Positions 29,448 through 40,442 are shown, counted from the stretch's first letter. The stretch is 64,000 nt of DNA from an uncultured Gemmatimonadales bacterium (GCA_963809895.1 CAWELD010000010.1:1-64000); one strand, 5' to 3'. Translations and numbers: made by a program. The notes: generated by a model from the sequence alone, not told the origin.

Positions 29448-32136
29448 ATGATTGTCGGATTACTGCTCGTCGCGCTCCAGCAGGAGCCGCCGCCTCCGCC
29501 GCGGCGTGATGTGGACGATCCCGGGGTCATCGCCACCGATCAGCGGGTGACGCCGGCAGGGGTGCAGGCGGTGTTCGAAGGGCGGGTCGCCGGGGTTCGC
29601 TTTACCGCCGATTCGCGCTCGCTGTGGGTTGCCGTACCGGATTACGCGTATCGCGTCGACTGGCGGGCGGACCGGGTGCTGCAGGTGGCGGGATTCGACG
29701 GCCGGCCGGGGGTGCACGGGGTGGCGTTGGATCCGGTGGACGGCCGCGTGCTGGTGTCGTCGGTGGGCCGGCTGCCCGCGGGCGTCGCGCCTCCGGACAA
29801 TCCGCGCAACGTCGCCCAGCTCGGCGTCTGGGACCTGGCGGACACCGGCGGCGGCGATCCGCGCCCGCCGCTCCTGTCGTCCGGTCGCCTGGGCTCCTAC
29901 CTGGCCGGCGGGCCCGCCGTGGCCGCCCGGGCCAACGCCTCGGGCCACCGGGTCGCCGATCCTTCCGCTGCCCGCCGACGACAAGGTGGCGATCCTGGAC
30001 GCCGACGACGGCCAGCCGATCCAAGTCGTGGACGCCGGCGTGCTGCCGGTGGCGGCGGTGGTGTCCCCCGACGGATCCGAAGCCTGGTTCACCAACTTCG
30101 GCGGGCCGCGCCCGGCCAGCGGCGAGCGGGCGGCAGAGCAGTGCTGCGATCCCATGGCCGAGCCGGTGCGGGTCGATGAGCGGGGGATCGCCGAGGCCGG
30201 CACCGTGTCGCGCCTGGATGTGGTGACGGGGCAGGTGACGGCCACCGTGCCGGTGGGGCGCCATCCCACGGGCCTCGCCTGGGACACCGCCGGCGGACGC
30301 CTGTACGTGGCCAACGGCAACTCGGATGCGGTGAGCATCGTGGATACCCGAACCGCCACCCTGGCGGCTACGCTCGACATTCAGCCCTTCCAGGGCCGGG
30401 AGATCGGGCTGGCGCCCACGGCGGTGGCGCTGTCGCCCGACGGTCGCACCCTGTACGTGGCCCTGGGAGGTGCGAACGCGGTTGCGGTTTACGACGTGTC
30501 GGGGGCGGGTGAGGGGGACGGCACCCTCCTCGGCCTCATCCCCACGGGATGGTATCCCTCGGCCCTGGACGTGAGTCCCGACGGCGCCTCGCTGGCGGTG
30601 GGGACGCTCCTCGGCGTGGGCTCGGGCGAGGGCGAGACCTCGGGATCCCCGGGACTCCGCGGGCGCTACGTGCATGCGGTGCGGGGATCCGTGAACGTGA
30701 TCCCCCTGCCCACCGAGGCGGAGCTCGCGGCATATACGACCTCGGTTGCGGGTAACGGCCGCTTCACCCTCGCCGGCCGGGGATCCCCCGCCGCCCGACG
30801 CCCTCGGACCGACGTGCCGGCGCGTGCCGTGCCGGAGCGACCGGGGGAGCCCTCGGTCATCGACCACGTGGTGTTCGTGATCCGCGAGAACCGCACCTAC
30901 GACCAGGTCCTGGGCGACATGCCGCGGGGCGCCAGCGACAGCTCGCTGGTGATCTACGGCCGCGACGTGACGCCCAACGCCCACGCCCTGGCGGACCGCT
31001 ACGTGCTCCTGGACCACTTCTTCGCCTCGGGCGGCAACTCCGCCGACGGGCACCAGTGGCTCACGCAGGCCAACGAGACCGAGTACCCGATGTGGCCGCT
31101 GTACAGCGGCCGCAGCTATCCGTACGACGGGGTGGATCCCCTCACGTACTCGCTGGGCGGATTCCTGTGGGAGTCGGCGGAAACCGCCGGTAGGAGCGTC
31201 GCGGTGTTCGGCGAATACGCGCCCTCGCCCGGGGACGGCGAGCCCGAGGACCGCCAGTGGCTGCTGGACATCTACCGGGATTCCATCCCCCGGGACCCGG
31301 CGCGTTTCCGGCGCCTGCTCTCGGAGATGTACGACACCCATTCGGATATCCCCTCACTGGAGCGGGTGTTGGTACGCGAATATCCGGGCTGGACCATGCA
31401 GACCCCGGACGTGGTGCAGGCGCAGGTCTTCCTGGATCACCTGCGCGAGTGGGAGGCCGCCGACTCCATGCCGAACCTGGTGATGATCGTGCTCCCCAGC
31501 GACCACACCAGCGGGACCAGCGCGGGGTGGAGCACCCCGAAGGCGTCGGTGGCGGACAACGACCTGGCGCTGGGCCAGCTCGTGGAGGGGCTCACCCACT
31601 CGCAGTTCTGGAAATCCATGGCGGTGATGGTGGTGGAGGACGACGCGCAGAACGGGGTGGACCACATCGACGGCCACCGCACCGTGGCGCTGGTGGTCTC
31701 GCCCTGGGCCCGCCGTCACGTGGTGGACAGCACCTTCTACAGCCATCCGAGCATGGTGAAGACCATCGAGCTCATGCTGGGGCTGCCGGCGCTCAGCATG
31801 TTCGACCTGGTGGCGACGGATATGCGCGCGAGCTTTCGGGAACCGGGCGAGGAGCCGGACTTCACGCCCTACGACGCCCTGGTGCCGGAGCAGTCGCTCT
31901 ACGAGGTGAATCCCCCGGCGGGCTCGCTCCAGGGAGAGGCGCAGGAGGCGGCGCTGGCCTCGGCCCGCATGCGCTTCGACATTCCCGACGCCGCGCCCAG
32001 CGACCTGCTGAACCGCATCCTCTGGCACGACGCGCGTGGATGGGACACGCCGTTCCCCGGAGTGCGGCGCGCGCTGTTCTTTCCCATGTCGGTGGAGCTG
32101 GCCGACGACGAGCGCGAGGAGCGGGAAGGAGGCTGA
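29448..32136 (+). CDS. Bifunctional YncE/YVTN beta-propeller + phosphoesterase (alkaline phosphatase-like) protein; frameshift ~29955
   Basis: VPVGRHPTGLA...LYVANGNSDAVS repeats; HVVFVIRENRTYDQVLGD, SADGHQW, EDDAQNGVDHIDGHRT. Confidence 0.9.
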
Positions 32137-32175
32137 GGGGAGCGGACGTCCTCTCAGCGCATCTGCGAAGTTGTG

Positions 32176-32291
32176 TTTGGGATAAGTTTAATGCAGATTC
32201 CTTATCTCAAATGGTTCCCGGCCTGTCGTCTCATGCGCTGCCTTATGGGAAGCTCGCTCTGAGATAAGATTTACGCAGTTTTCTTATCTGA
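32176..32291. promoter_or_regulatory. Two GATAAG-N14-CTTATC inverted-repeat sites upstream of the Fic gene
   Basis: Sites at 32181-32206 and 32263-32288 in an AT-rich patch. Confidence 0.6.
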
Positions 32292-32334
32292 CAGGCCACC
32301 AGAGGTCCGATCCCGCATCCAGAAGACCCGTGCA

Positions 32335-33495
32335 ATGGCATCGACCGAGCCCCAGCGATCCGGTGTATTCCGGCGTCAACCGGCCGGCTACACCGCGTTC
32401 ATTCCTGCCCGGTTCCCCCCGCTGGACCTGGACCTGACCAACCTTCAGGAAGGTCTGGAAAGGGCGACGCTTGCATTGGGCCGGTTGATCGGATCGGCGG
32501 AGATCCTCCCCGATCCGGATCTGTTCGTCTACATGTACGTGCGTCGCGAGGCGGTTCTGTCGAGCCAGATCGAGGGTACGGAGGCCTCGCTCGTCGATCT
32601 GCTCGAGTACGAGGCGCAGATGGAGGAAGGGGACCGGCGAGTCGATGTGCGAGAGGTCGCGAACTACGTGGGAGCACTGCGCTACGGGCTCGAGCGGGTC
32701 CAGGAGTTGCCGCTCTCGCTTCGTCTGATCCAGGAGATCCACGACCGCTTGATGCGAGGAGTTCGCGGAGGAGAACCGGCGAAGACGCCCGGGGAGTTTC
32801 GCCGTTCGCAAAACTGGATCGGCGGGCCCACTCCGGCCACGGCGCGCTACGTTCCGCCGCCGGTCGAGGACATGCTCCGCTCGCTGTACGAACTCGAAGC
32901 CTTCATGCACGCGGAGTCGGAGCTGCCGATCCTCGTGCGGGTGGCCCTGGCGCATGCCCACTTCGAAACGGTCCACCCGTTTCTCGACGGGAACGGGAGG
33001 ATCGGGCGGCTGCTGATCACGTTCATGCTCGTGCACGAAGAGGTCCTCGGCGAACCGATCCTGTACCTCTCGATCTTCTTCAAGCGGCACCGACAGGAGT
33101 ACTACGACCGGCTCCAGGCGATTCGGGAGACGGGGGATTGGGAGGGTTGGCTCGCCTTCTTCCTCGAGGGTGTCGCCGCTGTCGCGACGGAAGCCACCGC
33201 CACGGCGCGCCAGATCGTGCATCTGCGCGAGGAAGAGCGCGTGCATGTCGCTCAGGCACTGGGTCGTCGGGCCGGCTCGGGGCTTCAGTTGCTGGAGCAT
33301 CTGTTCAGGAATCCCATGGTCAACGTGAAGCGGGTCAGCGAGGTCACGGGGCTCTCGCAACCCGCCGCGAACGCATTGACGAACGTGATGGAAGAGGTGG
33401 GGATTCTGCGGGAGGTCACGGGGAAGAAGACCTACCGGATGTTCGGCTTCGACCGGTATCTCCAGCTCTTCCAGGAGCGGGAGGAGCGCGGCTGA
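32335..33495 (+). CDS. Fic-family protein (class II-like) with C-terminal HTH
   Basis: Catalytic HPFLDGNGRIGR; inhibitory motif SSQIEG; PGEFRRSQNWIG. Confidence 0.93.
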   Translation: MASTEPQRSGVFRRQPAGYTAFIPARFPPLDLDLTNLQEGLERATLALGRLIGSAEILPDPDLFVYMYVRREAVLSSQIEGTEASLVDLLEYEAQMEEGDRRVDVREVANYVGALRYGLERVQELPLSLRLIQEIHDRLMRGVRGGEPAKTPGEFRRSQNWIGGPTPATARYVPPPVEDMLRSLYELEAFMHAESELPILVRVALAHAHFETVHPFLDGNGRIGRLLITFMLVHEEVLGEPILYLSIFFKRHRQEYYDRLQAIRETGDWEGWLAFFLEGVAAVATEATATARQIVHLREEERVHVAQALGRRAGSGLQLLEHLFRNPMVNVKRVSEVTGLSQPAANALTNVMEEVGILREVTGKKTYRMFGFDRYLQLFQEREERG

Positions 33496-33599
33496 GCTCA
33501 GGGAAGGAGGTCGGCCCAGCACGCGAGCCGGATATCCGAACGCCGTAGCGGAGATCTCCCCACTTGCTGCCCGCGCGTCCCCCGTCGCATCGTGGGCGC

Positions 33600-33767
33600 A
33601 TGGAGTTCCTCAACTTCCTGATCATCATGTGGGCCGGCTGGCTGGTGTGGCGGCGGCCCCAGCGGGAACGGCTCGCCTTCACGCTGTTGCTGGTGAGCTG
33701 CCTCCTGATGGCGCTCCTCTTCCTCGTGGGCACGCACACGTCGTTCGTCCCGAGGCTGAACCTGTGA
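33600..33767 (+). CDS. Small 2-TM membrane protein coupled to the DsbB-like gene
   Basis: 55 aa, hydrophobic; GTGA overlap with the next gene. Confidence 0.7.
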   Translation: MEFLNFLIIMWAGWLVWRRPQRERLAFTLLLVSCLLMALLFLVGTHTSFVPRLNL

Positions 33768-35365
33768 GCGGCCTGTCGCGGGAGCGCATGCGCGGGGTGC
33801 TGGCGTGGCTGGCGATCCTGCTCCTGGTCGTGCCCGTGGGCGGAGCGCTGTGGCTCGGCGTGGTCCAGGGCGAGTCCCCCTGCATCCTGTGCTGGGCGCA
33901 GCGGACCTCCATGCTCCTCATCGCCCTGGTCGTCCTGTTCGTGGTCCGCTACGGCATGCGCCCGCGCTACCTGGGACTGCTGGTGCTGCTGGGCGCGTGG
34001 GGCACCTTCATGGGCATCCGCCATTCGTCGCTCCACGTGGCGCGCGACGTGGGGCAGGGCTTCGCCGGGAGCATCCTGGGCGCGCACACCTACGTGTGGG
34101 CGTGGGTGATCCACTGGCTGGTGCTCATGGTCGGGGGAGCGCTGCTCCTGGTGCTGGAGCCGTGGTCCGACAAGCCGGTGAGCAAGCCGGGGCGCGTGGG
34201 GCGCTTCGCCATGGGACTCCTGGTGTTCATGGCCGCCGGCAACGCGCTGCAGGCGTTCGTGTCCACGGGTCCGCCGCCCTTCATCGGCCAGGCGGATCCC
34301 GTGCGCATCTCGCTGAATCCCCGCTACTGGGTGTGGTCCTTCGAGGAGATCCGGGGTTCCCTGGGATGGCGCGGATCGTGGAACATCCCCGAGCCCGACG
34401 CCTCGAGCGTGGATCCGGATCCCGCGCACGGGCCGTTGGCGGGGATTCCGGCGCTGACCATGGTGCGCGAGGAGCGGGTGACGGCGCCGGTGGAGGGCGC
34501 GATCACCGGGTTCGCGCTGGCTCCGGAGGGTGGGGGGATGGCGGCGAGCCAGGCGGCCGGGGCGCCAGCGGGCCAGGAGGCGCAGGAGGCGCAGGGGGCG
34601 CAGGAGGAGCGGGCGGCGCAGGAGGAGCGGGCGGCGCAGGAGATGCAGGCGCTGCGGGAGGCGCAGGCGCTGGTGATAACCGAAGGGTATGGCGTATATG
34701 TGCTCGACGGGTCGTTCGCTCGCGTGCTGCATCGCGTGGTGCTGGATCCCCAGTTCAGCGTGGACCTGACACCGCTGGCCGGCGCCGCGGTCCTCGAGGG
34801 AGACACCCTGGCCGTGCTCTCCAACAACAAGAGCTACGTGCTGCTGGCCCCGGACGCCGAGGCGGATCCCGTGCTGGCGTGGCGTCACTTCCTGGAGACC
34901 GACGGCACGGTGAGCGAGCTCACGCGCTCGCGCTTCAGCACCATGCGCGCGCGCCAGATGTACGCCAGCGCCCTGGCCTACGACGCCGAGGCCCGGGAGC
35001 TCATCACGGTGGGCGTGCCCTCACCGGGTCACGAGCAGCTCGTGGTGTCGCGCTTCGATCGGGGGGATTTCGGGCTGTCGTCGGAGTTCCTGCCGGGGCT
35101 GGGTGCCGGGCTGACCCTGGCCGATGCGGAGCGCGGGCCGGAGGAGTACTACGTGACCGGCGCGGCCGCGGCCGACGGGCTTCTCTACGCCGTGAGCGCG
35201 GCGTATTCGACGCTGCTGGTCATCGACCTGCGGGCCAGGACGCTGACCGCGGCCTATGCGCTCCCGGGGGTGTCGGATCCCGTGGGGGTGGCGGTGCGGG
35301 GCGGGGAGCTCCTGGTGGCGCAGGGCGACGGGCGGGTCGCGGTGTTCGAGCGACCGGGGCGGTAG
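33764..35365 (+). CDS. DsbB/DsbI-family disulfide bond formation protein with C-terminal periplasmic propeller-like domain
   Basis: GESPCILCWAQR motif; 5 TM helices; HTYVW; GPPPFIGQADPVR. Confidence 0.85.
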   Translation: MSGLSRERMRGVLAWLAILLLVVPVGGALWLGVVQGESPCILCWAQRTSMLLIALVVLFVVRYGMRPRYLGLLVLLGAWGTFMGIRHSSLHVARDVGQGFAGSILGAHTYVWAWVIHWLVLMVGGALLLVLEPWSDKPVSKPGRVGRFAMGLLVFMAAGNALQAFVSTGPPPFIGQADPVRISLNPRYWVWSFEEIRGSLGWRGSWNIPEPDASSVDPDPAHGPLAGIPALTMVREERVTAPVEGAITGFALAPEGGGMAASQAAGAPAGQEAQEAQGAQEERAAQEERAAQEMQALREAQALVITEGYGVYVLDGSFARVLHRVVLDPQFSVDLTPLAGAAVLEGDTLAVLSNNKSYVLLAPDAEADPVLAWRHFLETDGTVSELTRSRFSTMRARQMYASALAYDAEARELITVGVPSPGHEQLVVSRFDRGDFGLSSEFLPGLGAGLTLADAERGPEEYYVTGAAAADGLLYAVSAAYSTLLVIDLRARTLTAAYALPGVSDPVGVAVRGGELLVAQGDGRVAVFERPGR

Positions 35366-35393
35366 GGAGGCGGGCGGGCGCGTCGGCGGGCGA

Positions 35394-35458
35394 GCGGGGG
35401 CGAAGGTGGGCGTGCGGGGGCGAAGGTGGGCGTGCGGGGGCGAAGGTGGGCGTGCGGG
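35394..35458 (+). repeat. 20-bp tandem repeat (GCGGGGGCGAAGGTGGGCGT) x3
   Basis: Seen directly. Confidence 0.9.
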
Positions 35459-35495
35459 CTGCGGGCCGCCGCGCCGGGCGTCGGGCGCTGCCCGC

Positions 35496-35673
35496 TGTCG
35501 CTACCGGGTGACTGGAGCCCCCATTTTCGGCGTTTGGACGATTTGACTCGCTGAGCGAGTCGAAATCGTCGAAGGGCCGTTGGCGCCGATAGCGGTTTGT
35601 TCAATTCAACTCGCTGAGCGAGTCGAATTGGCGAATCGTCGCTGCGGGGCCCTCCAGTGGAACGTTGTCGACA
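35496..35673. repeat. 178-bp palindromic element family A, copy 2
   Basis: Hairpin cores at 35546 and 35609; termini TGTCG...ACTGGAG / CTCCAGT...CGACA. Confidence 0.9.
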
Positions 35674-35696
35674 GACTGGCAAGCTGCGACCGCGCG

Positions 35697-37121
35697 TCAG
35701 GGCGCCACGTTCTGATTCAGCCGGAACCGGTTGTCGGGATCGTACGTCCGCTTCACCTCGCGCAGCCGGTCCCATTGCTCGCCCAGTGCCGCCTCGACGA
35801 AACCGGGCTCATTGCCCGTGCCGGGAAAGTTCAGATTCGTCTTGCCGGTGCTGAAGGGCGCCATGGCGTCGAAGAATCCCCGGGCCCAGGCGATGTTGGC
35901 CTCGGCCTGGGCCGGATCGGCCCAGTTGGCCAGGATCTCCAGCAGATATGGCGCACCGCGGCCGCCGGCGGCGGTGGCATCGGCGGGGACCCGGTCCATG
36001 GCGCCGCCCAGGGCCCACAGCGCAGCCATGGACATGGCCGACGGCCGCCCGGCGACGTGCTCTTTCACGGTCTGCACCGCATCGTCGCCGAGCCCGGCGA
36101 GGTAGATGGACTTCCAGTAGTACTGGAGCTCTCCAGCGGGGAAGAAGGGATCGAACATGGTCTGCAGTCCGACCCAGGGGATCGTTCCCGACAGGTCGAG
36201 GAGCGGCTGCTCGATCTCGCGCAGCGGCTCGAGAATCTGCCGGCCCTCGTCCGGGTCTCCCGCGTAGGTCGCGCCCACGACGATCACCGCCCGGCCGTGA
36301 AGCTCGGCGGGGAACGCAGGGATCGACGGGATCGTCCACCAGGTGGAGGAGACGTTCACCTCGTCGGGTGCGTCGGCGGCGAAGTCCCGCATCGCCGCCA
36401 TGACCTTCGCGGCGCTCTCCAGCGGATAGCCGGGTCCGGCGAAGGCGATCATGGGGCCCACGGGATACGCCCGGAACTCGAACGACGTCACCACGCCGAA
36501 GTTGCCGCCGCCGCCGCGGAGGGCCCAGAAGAGGTCGGCGTTCTCCGTCTCGCTGGCGGTGACGACGTCACCGGACGCCGTGACCACGTCGGCCGACAGC
36601 AGGCTGTCCGAGGTCATGCCGTAGGTGCGGCGGAGCCAGCCCTGGCCGCCGCCCAGGGTGAGGCCGGCCACGCCCGTGGTGGAGACGATCCCCCCGGGCA
36701 CGGCCAGACCGAACACCTGCGACTCCCGGTCCAGGTCGCCCAGCGTGGCGCCCCCGGCGACCCGCACGGTGCGGGCTGCCGCATCGACGCGCACGCTCCG
36801 CATGGGCGAGAGGTCGATCACCAGGCCGCCGTCGCAGGTTCCGTAACCGGCCACGTTGTGACCGCCACCGCGCACGGCCACGAGCAGGTCGTGATCCGCC
36901 GCGAACCGGATCGCGGCCTGTACGTCGGCCACGCCACGGCAGCGAACGACCATGGCCGGGCGCCGGTCGATCATCCCGTTCCAGACGCGTCGGGCTTGGT
37001 CGTACGCAGGGTCGCCGGCCAGGATGAGCTGGGCACCCACCGAGGCCCTCAGGCCGTCGATGGCCTCCTGATCGAGAACGGTGCTCTCGCCGTCGAGTCG
37101 TCGGGCGTGGACGTCGGCCAT
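35697..37121 (-). CDS. FAD-binding oxidoreductase (VAO/BBE family)
   Basis: VRGGGHN, GVAGLTLGGG, LFWALRGGGGNFGVVT, KRTYDPDNRFRLNQN. Confidence 0.93.
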   Translation of the reverse strand: MADVHARRLDGESTVLDQEAIDGLRASVGAQLILAGDPAYDQARRVWNGMIDRRPAMVVRCRGVADVQAAIRFAADHDLLVAVRGGGHNVAGYGTCDGGLVIDLSPMRSVRVDAAARTVRVAGGATLGDLDRESQVFGLAVPGGIVSTTGVAGLTLGGGQGWLRRTYGMTSDSLLSADVVTASGDVVTASETENADLFWALRGGGGNFGVVTSFEFRAYPVGPMIAFAGPGYPLESAAKVMAAMRDFAADAPDEVNVSSTWWTIPSIPAFPAELHGRAVIVVGATYAGDPDEGRQILEPLREIEQPLLDLSGTIPWVGLQTMFDPFFPAGELQYYWKSIYLAGLGDDAVQTVKEHVAGRPSAMSMAALWALGGAMDRVPADATAAGGRGAPYLLEILANWADPAQAEANIAWARGFFDAMAPFSTGKTNLNFPGTGNEPGFVEAALGEQWDRLREVKRTYDPDNRFRLNQNVAP

Positions 37122-37304
37122 CGGTCCTCCTTCGGCTCCCAAGAAGCGCACGTCGGGGGGGTACGTGCAGGCGTCGGGACACCGCCGCCGACTACACGTC
37201 GTGCGGCTCGCGAGGCGCCTACTCTTCGTCGTGCGATAATACTACGAAGCACGTCAATCGCATATGAAGACGTGGGGCGTCCGTCCCCGAAGGCGCCGAG
37301 ACGC

Positions 37305-37482
37305 CGTCGCTAGGTGGCGACTGGAGCCCCCTTTTTCGGCGTTTGGACGATTTGACTCGCTGAGCGAGTCGAAATCGCCAGAGGACCGGTGGCGCCGATC
37401 ACGGTCTGTTCAATTCAACTCGCTGAGCGAGTCGAATCGACGAATCGTCGCTGCGGAGGCCTCCAGTGGAACGTTGGCGACG
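37305..37482. repeat. 178-bp palindromic element family A, copy 3
   Basis: Hairpin cores at 37355 and 37418; termini CGTCGC...ACTGGAG / CTCCAGT...GCGACG. Confidence 0.9.
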
Positions 37483-37717
37483 GCTGGCAAGCTGCGACAC
37501 CACCTGCCCGTGCCGCCGGTCCGCGTCGCCTGCCCTCGACGCGGCCCGCGACGCCTGCCCGCCCCGCCCGCCCGCCGCGCGACGCCGCCCGCGCGCGCGC
37601 CGTCTCACCCTCGACGCGGCCCGCGCCGCGCCCGCCCGCGACGTCTGCCCTCGGTGCCGCCCCCCCGCCGCAGCGCCCCCAATCCCACCATCCGCCCACC
37701 CCCAGGGAACCGTCGAA

Positions 37718-37746
37718 TTGACGTAAGTGTATCATCCGTATATATT
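37718..37746 (+). promoter_or_regulatory. Sigma70 promoter TTGACG-N17-TATATT
   Basis: Near-consensus elements with a 17-bp spacer in an AT-rich patch upstream of 37883. Confidence 0.7.
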
Positions 37747-37882
37747 TAGCGTCTAGCTGCCTCGCCGTGCTCCGACGGCGGGCCAGCAAACAGGGCCATT
37801 GGCGAGCCCTTTTCCTTCGGCCGATGCGCGTCCAGGCGTCCCGTCGCCGCCGCTCGGCTGGCAACGACAGGATCGTGTTGTT

Positions 37883-38875
37883 TTGACCCCGACGACGACC
37901 TTCGGCGCATCGAACAAGTCCACCGAGCTCGAGCTCGACGACCCGAACCTCTACAAGCACGTGAAGCGCCCCGAGTGGGGCTTCGGGATCCTGGTGAGAG
38001 AAGGTGAGGAGTCGCGCTCGTATCAGTTCGAGGACGGCCGTCTCCGCAAGATCCGGAAGGGCTACTACAAGCTCCTGAAGCCCATGAAGGAGCTCGACGC
38101 GCGGGGCGAGCACATTCGCGAGAACCTGCGTCGGGTGGCCGAGGTCGCGACCGACGACTCGGACCGGAGCGTGGTGGACGCGGTGGCGCCCTTCTCGGCC
38201 CAGATCGATCTGTTCACGCGCCTGTATCCCGGGGGATTCGAGGATCCCGAGTGGATCGAGGATCACCGGACCACCGAGGGGTCCCCGCTCAAGCGGCATC
38301 GCGAGCCGGTGTCGGCCGAGGCCCGGGATGCCCTCACCAAGGTGCGCTTCGAAGAGGCGCTGGCCGCCGACGAGCACGAGGAGCTGTGCGAGGTCATCGC
38401 GGACCTGCTGGCGCGCACCGATCTCGTGCAGGTATCCCACGCCAAGGCGCTCCGCGGGCTCGAGCCCGACGAGAAGAAGGAGTACGTGGAGGCGGTGGCG
38501 AATCTCCTGCACGGCGAGGGCGAGTACGAGCCGCGCTTCCGGGCGTACCTGAAGACGCTCGAGGAGCTCTTCGACGAGCGGCCGAGCTGGCGGGTGGCCA
38601 CGACCCTTCCGGGGCTGTTCTTTCCGCAGACCCAGGTGGTGGTGCGCCGCTCGGCCTTCATCCGGCAGGCGGGATCCATCGCACCCACGGCTCCCTACAG
38701 CCGCAAAGCGAAGGTGGGGCCGTACCGGAACTTCCGGCGGGTGGCGGTGGGCGTGCGCGAGCGGCTGAACGCCGCGGGCCACGAGCCCCGCGACCTGCTG
38801 GACGTCTACGACTTCATCTGGACGACGCTCCGGACCTCGGCGCTGGATCACCTGGGTCAGGACACCACGCCGTAG
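37883..38875 (+). CDS. Hypothetical protein (start uncertain)
   Basis: Long ORF with high-GC3 codon usage; N-terminal YKHVKRPEWGFGI SH3-like segment. Confidence 0.7.
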   Translation: MTPTTTFGASNKSTELELDDPNLYKHVKRPEWGFGILVREGEESRSYQFEDGRLRKIRKGYYKLLKPMKELDARGEHIRENLRRVAEVATDDSDRSVVDAVAPFSAQIDLFTRLYPGGFEDPEWIEDHRTTEGSPLKRHREPVSAEARDALTKVRFEEALAADEHEELCEVIADLLARTDLVQVSHAKALRGLEPDEKKEYVEAVANLLHGEGEYEPRFRAYLKTLEELFDERPSWRVATTLPGLFFPQTQVVVRRSAFIRQAGSIAPTAPYSRKAKVGPYRNFRRVAVGVRERLNAAGHEPRDLLDVYDFIWTTLRTSALDHLGQDTTP

Positions 38876-38947
38876 CAGCGGCCGCTGTAGCAGCCCGGCA
38901 CCCGCGCTCCGGGCGAGCATCGCCGGGCGCGGGCGCCGGGTGCCGGC

Positions 38948-40350
38948 TCACCGGATGCGCGTGAGCGTGTAGTCCGACTCCACCACGAACGAGAACCCGG
39001 TGAAGTCGGTCTGCTTCACGTAGGTGCCCTCGATGGTGGTGCCGTCGGCCGAGACGTCCCCCAGTCACTGCCTCGCATGTCGAGCCAGTAGTTCAGGGCT
39101 CGCTGGTCCTGCGTGCTCGGATCATTTCCGCAATCCACCGAGACGGTCACGAACGGGCCGAAGGTGAAGATGTAGCCCTGGTACCGAGCCGGAGTCGTCG
39201 AGGTGTCGAACTCCAGGTACGAGGTACCGGAGACCTCGTCGGTCACGTCGAAGGTGATCTCCGGGCCCGTGAAGACGCAGTCGTAATAGGTGTGACTGTA
39301 ATCCCACGTCACCGAGCCCCCCGTCACGACGTATCTGGGATTCGTCGATCAGGTCGTTCCCGTCGGGGCTCGGTCTGAAGGTGAGCTCGGGGACCTCGCC
39401 CACCTGGGCCGCCGTGCCCGCGCGGAGCTCCCCGAGCTTCTCCCAAGCCACCTGCGCCGGGTACCCCTGTTCCGAGAGCATCTCGAAGAAGGAGGTCGAC
39501 GCGGCGATGGCATCGTCGGCATAGACGGCCTGGCTCCATCCCAGGACGACGCTCGTCCCTCCCCGGAGGGCCTCCGCCAGGTCCAGCGCCTGGTCGCCCA
39601 CCGTCTGACACCCGTTCAGGAAGACCAGCGTCTGATCCAGGCCCTCGGGGTAGGCGTCGCGGAAGAAGTCGGCGGCCACCAGCACGTACTTGTTGCCGGT
39701 CTCCTCGCCGATGGCGAGCTCCAGCCCCATCTCGTCGAGCTGCAGGATCTTGGCGGCTTCCGAGTCCCCGCTGGTGATCACCGTCGACAGGACGCCGATC
39801 TCGAGGCCGGCGCGGCAGCCCGAAAGATCACAGACCCGACGCCCGTGCCCCGTGTAATACACCACGTCGAAGTCGTTCCAGTCCGTGAACGCCGCGGGTC
39901 CGACCTCCGTCGAAGTCTCCGCCTCGTTCTTCCTGTAGGCCACGTTCCCCTCGTAGCCACGCGTCGACTCCAGGACAGCCTTGATCTCGGCGCCATCGTC
40001 CCACTGCGGCGTGAATTGCCAGAGTGCGGGGGAGAGCACGAGAGCCTTCTTGTCCGGGCCTTCGTCGCCCACGATCTCGCGCGCTGGAGGTGGCGGGTTG
40101 GCCGGAGCGGGCGCGGCCTGCGGAGAGGGGCCACTCAGGTGGGCTCCCGGACGGTAGATCCACATGCCCCGACCCCCGTCCACGCGGAAGCGGATGGCCA
40201 GCTCGTCGCCCTGCACCTCGGCGACGTCGCTCTCGGCCTCCAGCCAGCTCTGCACCTCGGCGCTGGTCGATCCTCCGCCGAGCCTCGTGACCCCTTCGTC
40301 CGCCAGCGCCAGCGTGCGCTCGACGACGTCCGACGCGACATCGGACCATG
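38948..40350 (-). pseudogene. Remnant of a large secreted protein with caspase/gingipain-like His-Cys domain
   Basis: DVVYYTGHG and LVFLNGCQT; no credible start; frame breaks near 39340 and 39060. Confidence 0.5.
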
Positions 40351-40442
40351 GCCGGCTTGTCCCGACCCGCCGATCCGCCGTAACGTGCGGCCCCCGCTCT
40401 GCCCGGAGCGGGGGCCTTCGTTCCTTGTGACAGGAACCGTCC

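Noticed and set aside
26270..37440. Paired ~25-bp hairpin repeats with ~37-bp spacers as mini CRISPR arrays
   Set aside because: Only two repeats per locus, the spacers are homologous between loci, and no cas genes are present. Better explained as internal structure of the family A element.
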